From the NCBI GenBank assembly GCA_020184695.1, contig JAANOX010000108.1:1-64000 (forward strand): 64,000 bases of DNA, given 5' to 3'. Positions 56,821 through 64,000 of this stretch are shown here, piece after piece (position 1 is the stretch's first letter; each line of letters starts with the position of its first letter). A model generated the notes under the pieces. That model was not told where the DNA came from, searched no databases, and saw only the letters and a list, made by a program, of their open reading frames with translations. The position numbers and the translations under genes are program-made. The stretch comes from Histomonas meleagridis 2922-C6/04-290x. Its lineage: Eukaryota; Protista; Parabasalia.

Positions 56821-57364
56821 AAAACCATTGAGTTTTAACTTCATTTAATATCTGATAATTATGAATTTCTTATTTTTGCACGAAACTTTGGCAATGAAAA
56901 GGATTATAATAGATGAAAATTATTTTTTTAGAATAAATAAAAGTGTTGATTTGCATTAGAAAGTGAGAAACATAAAAATTATGATTACATAGAAAAAAAA
57001 TATTATTTTTAATAAATTGGAAAGCTTTCAGAGTTAAGTTATCCATAATAATGAGGAAAATTGTTTGTCAAATTTTCACATTTGGATGAATTTGTGGGTT
57101 CTTGCAATTTTCAGAAGGTATTTCGTTGCTGTTAATTTTAAAATCATAAGATTTTTATATAAATGGGACATAAATAGGATTTTCAAAAGCTTCACCACCA
57201 ACTACCCTTACTAATGAAATTTTCACAACAGTATCAAGACTAAATATAATCATGATATTTATGTATTGGTTTCTTTCACCCAAGTTTTGGACTGCCCCAA
57301 TATTCTACCCCCCCCCCACACACACACCATCTAGTCAAAAAATTAACATTTATAGTGAATTTTA

Positions 57365-58645
57365 ATGGATTCCAAACCACTTTCTTTCCAATGCCATCTT
57401 AAAAACACAATCAAAGATGTATTTCTTTCTCGTGGCTACACAGAAATACCTTGCCCTGAGGAAGAGGACGAAGAAGAAAACTTGGATTGGGATTTCATTT
57501 GGGCAAGCAGAGCTTGGATTCATTCAAAAATGAATGGAAATCCTCCGATTATCCTACGACCAAATCAAAGAGTTAACCACTTCCAAAATTCATCTGAGTT
57601 AACAAGAAAAGATTTAATGTCAAAAAATATTCAGAAATTTAAAAGAGAACTACGCAAAACAGGAAACGATGCTATCCTTGATTTTTGTCCACTTACATTT
57701 GTTTATCCAGCTCAATATCCTTCTTTTTTAGAAGAAATGAAACGCAATCCTTGTCCATGGATTTGCAAACCAGTTGGAGGATCTCAAGGCCAAGGCATTC
57801 AGTTTGTTACCAACGAAACAGAAGCGGTTCAATTCCACCAAAGGGTAACAACACGAATCAAAGCGTGTGAAAGTGTTGATGATAAAATTCGACTTACCTA
57901 TGTTCTTCAACGGTACATACAAAATCCTCTTCTTATTGGCGGGAAGAAATTTGACATCAGGTTGTATGCATTAACGTTATCATATCAACCACTTGTTGTT
58001 TATGTTTACCGAGGAGGCTTTTGTCGGTTTTCATCCAAGCCCTATACAACAGACAACTTTGCTAATAAGGAAATCCATTTGACGAATGTTGCTGTCCAAA
58101 CTCACTCTGACTCATATAACGGTCGCCACGGTTGTAAATGGGACACTTTTTCACTGAGGGCTTACATCGCAAACCGTTATGGGCACCAGGCGGCCAACCA
58201 AGTGTTCACTAATATCCAAGGGATCATTCTCAACTCGTTATTAGCTGTAGCTCCTAGCGTGATCAGTGATAAGCATTGTTATGAGCTATATGGTTATGAT
58301 ATTCTAATTGCAGATGATTTGAAACCTTGGCTCATAGAAATTAATGCATCGCCGTCACTCGACGCGAACACTGAGGACGATTATGATTTGAAGTTTACTT
58401 TGCTAAATGAAATGCTTGATTTGGTACAGATGTTCCAAAGATTGAGCCCCTCTCAAATGCCATATCACTACGGCGGATACGACCTGGCATGGAATGGAAA
58501 CCCAGTAATGACAGTGGCAGAGTCAACAGTAACTTCATTCATCGGATGTATATCACCAATTAAACCTTCTCCAAATAATCCATTTAGAACAGACAGTAAT
58601 TTTCGAGTTAAGAGAGCTCATCCAAGTGAACCTAAGAGCAAATAG
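57365..58645 (+). CDS. TTLL9: Tubulin-tyrosine-ligase-like polyglutamylase, TTLL9-like
   Basis: WDFIW, QRVNHF…ELTRKD, WICKP…QGQGI, QRYIQNPLLIGGKKFDIRLY, HLTNVAVQ, GCKW, ISDKHCYELYGYDIL, KPWLIEINASPSL. Confidence 0.88.
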   Translation: MDSKPLSFQCHLKNTIKDVFLSRGYTEIPCPEEEDEEENLDWDFIWASRAWIHSKMNGNPPIILRPNQRVNHFQNSSELTRKDLMSKNIQKFKRELRKTGNDAILDFCPLTFVYPAQYPSFLEEMKRNPCPWICKPVGGSQGQGIQFVTNETEAVQFHQRVTTRIKACESVDDKIRLTYVLQRYIQNPLLIGGKKFDIRLYALTLSYQPLVVYVYRGGFCRFSSKPYTTDNFANKEIHLTNVAVQTHSDSYNGRHGCKWDTFSLRAYIANRYGHQAANQVFTNIQGIILNSLLAVAPSVISDKHCYELYGYDILIADDLKPWLIEINASPSLDANTEDDYDLKFTLLNEMLDLVQMFQRLSPSQMPYHYGGYDLAWNGNPVMTVAESTVTSFIGCISPIKPSPNNPFRTDSNFRVKRAHPSEPKSK

Positions 58646-58789
58646 AAATAAATATCATGTATTTAACTTTTTAAGTAAAAATAGAGTGTATCATTTCAAG
58701 ACCTTGTTTGGAAATAGCTGTTCTCAGTGTTTTATATGTTAAATTTAAAAAAAAAATGATTTTTATAAAAATGAAAATATAAATTTGAT

Positions 58790-59150
58790 ATTTGTTTCAA
58801 TTATTTGAAACTGCACTTATTTTAAAGCGTCTAAAAATAACCATATCAAAATAGTTAAAATACTTCTGAATTGCAAATATATTAATATTAATTCTAAAAG
58901 CGTTTATTTGTTTCATTTAATATTTATTTTAATAATTTTATATCGAAATAATATTTGGAAATTATTTAAATTATTTGAAACAGCACTTATTTTAGCATCT
59001 AGATGTGGTTTTTTAGAAATAGTTAAATTACTTTCTGAACAATAAGGAATTGATATTAATGCTAAATCTATTTATTTGTTTTATTTAATATTTATTTTAA
59101 TAATTTTCTATTTCAAAATAATATTTGGAAATTATTTAAATTATTTAAAA
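58790..59150 (+). pseudogene. Decayed ankyrin-repeat remnant with two four-element spacers
   Basis: Cores carry frameshifts and a TAA. Spacers decode to S-N-Y-G-E (third element only 15 nt) and S-N-S-G-K. Confidence 0.7.
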
Positions 59151-59456
59151 AGTTTAAATTTTGATTTTTTATCATTTTGATGTATTAAATTCTTCCACAC
59201 ATTGTGTGTTCACAAGAGCTACTGATTATATTTTAAAAACTTAAAAATACTTTGAAATTTTGCGAAATTTATTCTGAAAAAAGAGAAAATAAAAATACTT
59301 TTAATTTTAATTTAATATTTACTGCATGAAGTAATATATGTTAATGAATAGTAAATGATTATAAAATGAGATATTTTCATTTAAAACGAGCTGACCCAAT
59401 TAAGGCGCCTTAATAAATTTTGGCACTTTTATTTGTTCTTAGCTGCGGTTTTTTGA

Positions 59457-60746
59457 ATGTCATTCGACGGTTGTAAGACTTCACAAAAACCAATGTCCAA
59501 ACCACGTGTTGCTTATTTCTACGATGAAGAAATAGGGAATTTTTACTACGACGAAAAGCACCCGATGAAACCTGTACGAGTTCGTATGACTCATGACTTA
59601 GTTCTTGCTTATGGTCTTCATAAGCATCTTCAAGTTTTCCGGCCACGACGAGCAACACCAGTTGAAATGATGCGTTTTCACTCACCAGAGTACATCAAAT
59701 TTTTACAGACTGCTACACCCGAGAATTGTCAAAACAACATTCAAGATTGCACCAAATACTGCATTGGTTATGATTGTCCAATATTCGACGATCTTTTTGA
59801 GTACTGCCAAATTTCTGCAGGTGGGTCTATTTCCGGTGCCCAACGTCTTAATTCAGGCCTTTGTGACATTGCCATAAATTGGGCTGGTGGACTTCATCAT
59901 GCCAAAAAAGAAGCACCATCAGGCTTTTGTTATGTAGCTGATTGTGTTCTAGGCATTATGGAGCTTCTTAAATACAATCCACGAGTCATGTACATTGACA
60001 TTGACATTCATCATGGAGATGGAGTTGAAGAAGCTTTCTATGACAGCGACCGAGTTCTTACAGTGTCCTTCCACAAGTTTAGCGAGGACTTCTTCCCCGG
60101 CACAGGCCACGTTTTTGATGTTGGGGCCGGACTTGGCAAATACTATGCCGTTAACGTTCCCCTCCGAGATGGGATGACTGATGATGCGTATGCAGCCATT
60201 TTCAAGCCAGTCATCAAGCACCTCATTGATTGGTTCCGTCCGACTGCGATACTTCTTCAGTGCGGATCTGATTCGCTTGTCGGCGACCGTTTAGGGTATT
60301 TTAATTTATCAACATATGGACATGGCGCATGTGTAGCATATGTCAAATCTTTTGGTATTCCAATGTTAGTAGTTGGAGGAGGCGGTTATACAAAGACAAG
60401 TGTCGCAAGATGTTGGGCATATGAAACATCGATTTTAGTTGATCAAGAAATTTCGAACGATTTACCAGAAACAGATTATTATAACTTCTATAGACCTTCT
60501 TATAAGTTACATTTGGTGCCAGAAAAAAAACGTAATATGAATAGTCCGGAATATTTGGAAAACTTGTTCATGCACGTGATTGAAAACTTAAGACATTTGC
60601 CAGGATCGCCTTCTGTCCAAATGCAGGAACTACCGCCAAGAGACATGATACTCTCTGTGATGAACGAAAAATGTAAGTACCCAGACGTGAGTAATCAGTT
60701 CTTGAGAAGACTGGAAATACAAGAAGAGGAACAAGACGAATACTAA
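59457..60746 (+). CDS. Class I histone deacetylase (Rpd3/HDAC1-3-like)
   Basis: HPMKP.R, DCPIF, INWAGGLHHAKK..PSGFCY, YIDIDIHHGDGVEEAFY, SFHKF…FFPGTG, QCGSDSL.GDRLG, GGGGYT. Confidence 0.95.
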   Translation: MSFDGCKTSQKPMSKPRVAYFYDEEIGNFYYDEKHPMKPVRVRMTHDLVLAYGLHKHLQVFRPRRATPVEMMRFHSPEYIKFLQTATPENCQNNIQDCTKYCIGYDCPIFDDLFEYCQISAGGSISGAQRLNSGLCDIAINWAGGLHHAKKEAPSGFCYVADCVLGIMELLKYNPRVMYIDIDIHHGDGVEEAFYDSDRVLTVSFHKFSEDFFPGTGHVFDVGAGLGKYYAVNVPLRDGMTDDAYAAIFKPVIKHLIDWFRPTAILLQCGSDSLVGDRLGYFNLSTYGHGACVAYVKSFGIPMLVVGGGGYTKTSVARCWAYETSILVDQEISNDLPETDYYNFYRPSYKLHLVPEKKRNMNSPEYLENLFMHVIENLRHLPGSPSVQMQELPPRDMILSVMNEKCKYPDVSNQFLRRLEIQEEEQDEY

Positions 60747-61251
60747 ACGATGTGATTTAAGTAACTTTTGAAAAAAAATTCGCCAATTATCATATTTAAA
60801 TTTATGACCTACACGTTATATATTCCATGGTATCCATTGGATAGGCCTTTTTTCACAATTTGTGCTGTCTTGGGCAATGTTGGCCAATTTATTTTTCAAC
60901 ATTGAATTTGTGCAGTCATTCTGAGGTTTTAATCGGAACATATTTGTAGCCGTTTATTATTTTTTGAACACAATAAACGGTCGTAACAATGGCGAGTTGG
61001 AGAGAAATAAGGTAATAACGGGATTGTAATATCATTTTAGGGTTTACCTAAATTTTAATGTTTTTATTCTATTATTTATCTACACATAGATACCACATGG
61101 ATAATGCCAAAACTGCAAGCCATGTAAGTATATGAATAAATTTTTATAATGAATATCATACATTTCAGGAAGTGTGAAACATTTTCCTTCAGTAACAATT
61201 TGGGGTGTTAAAAAGAAAAAAATCAAATGTTATTTAATGATTGACTTAGCC

Positions 61252-61812
61252 TCATTGAACATAGCATCCATCTTTCTTTTTTCCTTTTTTGGAAGGTTTT
61301 TTGCTGCTATTGGTCAACGAATTCTTCAAAGCTTTTAATAGTTCATCGAAAAGCTCGTTAATCCCTGTGTTCTCTTTTACGTTTACTTCGACAACTTGGC
61401 AGCCAACCATTTCGGCGAAAGATCGACCTTCAGAAATTGGAACTTCATCAGGTTTGTCAGAAGTTTTTACAGCGCCAATAACACAAGGAAACCTCTTCTT
61501 CACCTCTTTGATCTCATTGTAATCATCTTTTAATTTCATGAGGGAAATTAGATCTTCAGTGGAATATAAAAATATAAACGCATCATATTTTGATATACTG
61601 CGTTGGCGCAGCTGGTGCACGGAAGCTGAATAAATGTCACTATCGCTGATTTTTATTGTAATTTCTTGACCTTCAAATTCAATGGTTTTGCTGAAATCGT
61701 CATCAAGTGTTGGTGAATATTTTTCAGTAAATTCTCCACGAACGTAGTAAAGTATAATATTTGTCTTATGGCATTTTTCATCACCCATCAGCAGAATGTT
61801 AATGGTGTCCAT
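61252..61812 (-). CDS. Ras/Rap-family small GTPase-like protein with degenerate nucleotide-binding motifs and a CaaX box
   Basis: ATG 61812. GDEKCHKT in place of the P-loop, YSPTLDDDF switch I, polybasic tail and CYVQ C-terminus. Confidence 0.75.
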   Translation of the reverse strand: MDTINILLMGDEKCHKTNIILYYVRGEFTEKYSPTLDDDFSKTIEFEGQEITIKISDSDIYSASVHQLRQRSISKYDAFIFLYSTEDLISLMKLKDDYNEIKEVKKRFPCVIGAVKTSDKPDEVPISEGRSFAEMVGCQVVEVNVKENTGINELFDELLKALKNSLTNSSKKPSKKGKKKDGCYVQ

Positions 61813-63178
61813 TTTAAAATAAATGCCAAATGTCAGAAAATATTGAATTAAGAAATTCGGCTTGTTTGAATGTTTGAACAGGAACGCCACGGATAGCCTT
61901 TTCTTGTAAATTTAGTCCATAATATAATATCATATAGAATGTATAAAGTTAATCTTTTTTTAAATAAAAATGTTAAGATAAAATTAATTTTTCGCCGGAA
62001 TATTTTTAGTGTAATATGTTTTTTTTTTTGAATCGAACGATACAATAAACTATTATATTTCTAAAAAAGTGTATAAATTTGTTAGAAAAACATGATTGAT
62101 TTTATTTTAAGGAATTTTCTTTAACTCCATCTCATCCATTTGAATATTCAAAAAGAACAAAGACGAATTTTGTTACGTTCCTGTTGCTTTTAAATTTGCA
62201 TTAAATTTTGCAATTTAAAGATGAAGGTTTAATTTTTGACCGTTTATTATCAGAGGCTGATGCAAGCATCACAAATGAGGTTTTCCAGTAAGGTTGGAAA
62301 GAATATATCTTCAATATAAGCTACATATTTAAAGCAGACATAATTGGACCAACAAATTTACAAAAATATATGAAAAACATTAGATATTCAGAACAAATAA
62401 TAAGCGCATATGACTATTATTTTAGTACATGGAAATTAAATTCATAAATATTAAATTTATAAAAAAAAATTTTTATTTTTTTTATTTGGTGGTATGGGTA
62501 TAAACGTTCTCGTGAAAACGTTAAAATTTTAAATTTTTTTGGAAATATACGAAATTAGAATTCCATAGTAAAAATATATTTATTTCATACATAGGCAAAC
62601 TTTTTTTAATAAGAAGAAACATGATTAAATTATATAATAATATAATAAGATATTTTTATTTTATACCCTCAAAAGGGTAAATTGAATTAAAAGTGACATA
62701 AGTTCTCAATTTTTTACCTATCTGACACCGAGTAAACTATTCAATTGCAGATGGAAGCTATCAAATTTTGGAAATTAATTCATGAAATGAATTTGATATA
62801 TTTTTCAAAATTACATACTTGTATCCAAAATTTATCTAATTTCAAAGATTTTATCAAGACAGATTTTTGAAATTTTGCTTATATCAAAATTAATCACAAT
62901 TATTCCATATTTCAAAAACAGCTCATAGATTTCTCTTGACATAAATTATTTTATTTTTTGTTAATTTTAAGCAAGTATGAACTTAAAAATTTGTTTTAAA
63001 TTTAAATTTTTATATGTGAAATTGGTTCTCCAATCAGTGATACTTAGAATGATTTCTTGAAAATTATTTCGTACCACTAAAATATCTTACTATCATCATA
63101 TAGGTAGATTTAAAATATTCACTAAAATTTAAAAATTTTCTGAAATAAAAAAGAAAAATGAATTTTAAGTTTTTGAAA

Positions 63179-63190
63179 CGACCGTTTATT
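63179..63190 (+). promoter_or_regulatory. CGACCGTTTATT upstream motif (Myb/M3-like core promoter candidate)
   Basis: Lies ~135-145 nt upstream of the 63325 ATG. The same 12-mer lies ~85 nt upstream of the Arf ATG on the minus strand (51283-51294). Confidence 0.4.
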
Positions 63191-63324
63191 ATCCGAGGCG
63201 GTCTTTTTGAACGCACCTCTTCAAATTTTGAGTTTATTACACAAAAGTGACAATCAAACATTTTCAGAGAAAGCGACCAATTTAAAACCGTTAATGTTCA
63301 CCACGATTTCACTTTTTTGAGGAA

Positions 63325-63660
63325 ATGTCCACCACTTCGTATTATACATTTCACGGAAAAGTTCAATATGCAATGTTCCGCCAAACAATCATGAGAGGTG
63401 CAATTAAACGTGGAATTCTTGCAGGTGCAACAAATTGTACAGATGATAAAAACAAAGTAATTGCTACATTTGTTGGGGATAAAGACAAAATCAATGACCT
63501 TGTTAAAACATTAGGAAGCGGTAAAGTGCTTAATTCATGGAACGCACAAGTTACCTCATACGAAGAAAATGAATCTGGTCTCCCAGTTGAATCGCACGAA
63601 GTCACAACAAAAAATGTTGACCAAATTAATTGGCCGGGTGAAGTTGAAATTTACATTTAA
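63325..63660 (+). CDS. Acylphosphatase-like protein
   Basis: 111 aa. HGKVQYAMFRQT and GATN match the acylphosphatase G(R/K)VQGV.FR and G.V.N motifs (catalytic Arg and Asn kept). Confidence 0.65.
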   Translation: MSTTSYYTFHGKVQYAMFRQTIMRGAIKRGILAGATNCTDDKNKVIATFVGDKDKINDLVKTLGSGKVLNSWNAQVTSYEENESGLPVESHEVTTKNVDQINWPGEVEIYI

Positions 63661-64000
63661 AACTAATTTAGTTTCACTTATTTCAAAATACATGAATCGT
63701 ATCTGTGCATTTTTTTTTAGTATGGTGTGATTTAATTTTGTTAAAGTTTATATGCATTTTCTTTTGTGTAAAAATGATTTGCATTTATGAGCAATTGAAG
63801 TGAATGCCTTATATGTAAACAATTAAAATCAACCCCCATATAAGATCAAAAATATTTTGGCGGTGAGCATTAAATCTTTATATATTGCTACACACTTCAT
63901 TAATTACAAAAAATATTAAATGTTTTTCCATGTCAATTAAAAAAATGCTTTTTATCAATGCTCTTCACTTTTTAATTACAATTCCATAAAAGTAATAAAT

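Overview
AT-rich eukaryotic genomic DNA, most likely from a parabasalid (Trichomonas/Tritrichomonas-like). This rests on the DUF3447-type ankyrin genes, a hydrogenosome-type presequence, TCA-pyrimidine initiator-like motifs and uninterrupted housekeeping ORFs in the standard code. Conventional content: a giant minus-strand pseudokinase plus six-AAA+ (midasin-like) ORF that runs off the left edge and is missing from the ORF track, SRP RNA, a HEAT-repeat protein, cyclophilin H, a Tubby-like protein, a TOR kinase, an Ind1/Mrp ATPase, a RapGAP-like protein, a protein kinase, RPL18A, DRG GTPase, bacterial-type PARG, divergent Arf and Ras GTPases, TTLL9-like ligase, class I HDAC, an acylphosphatase-like protein, and decayed Tc1/mariner, pogo, P-like, Merlin and MULE transposons. 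Main observation: the ankyrin genes look broken, but their beta-hairpin loops follow a strict 20-nt register of one 17-nt AT-rich element (consensus R-W-W-N10-A-T-T-T, no GT-AG) followed by one codon. Removing the 17-mers by hand restores in-frame ankyrin hairpins (D/N-x-x-G-x-T-A-L) in ten consecutive repeats at 28-29.8 kb. It also turns a 1.9-kb apparent minisatellite at 44.6-46.6 kb into stop-free loops of 4-19 added residues. More than 140 such elements occur at seven loci. The pattern is seen directly in the DNA. The removal mechanism (non-canonical micro-intron splicing, RNA deletion editing, ribosomal bypass or DNA excision) is inference and untested.
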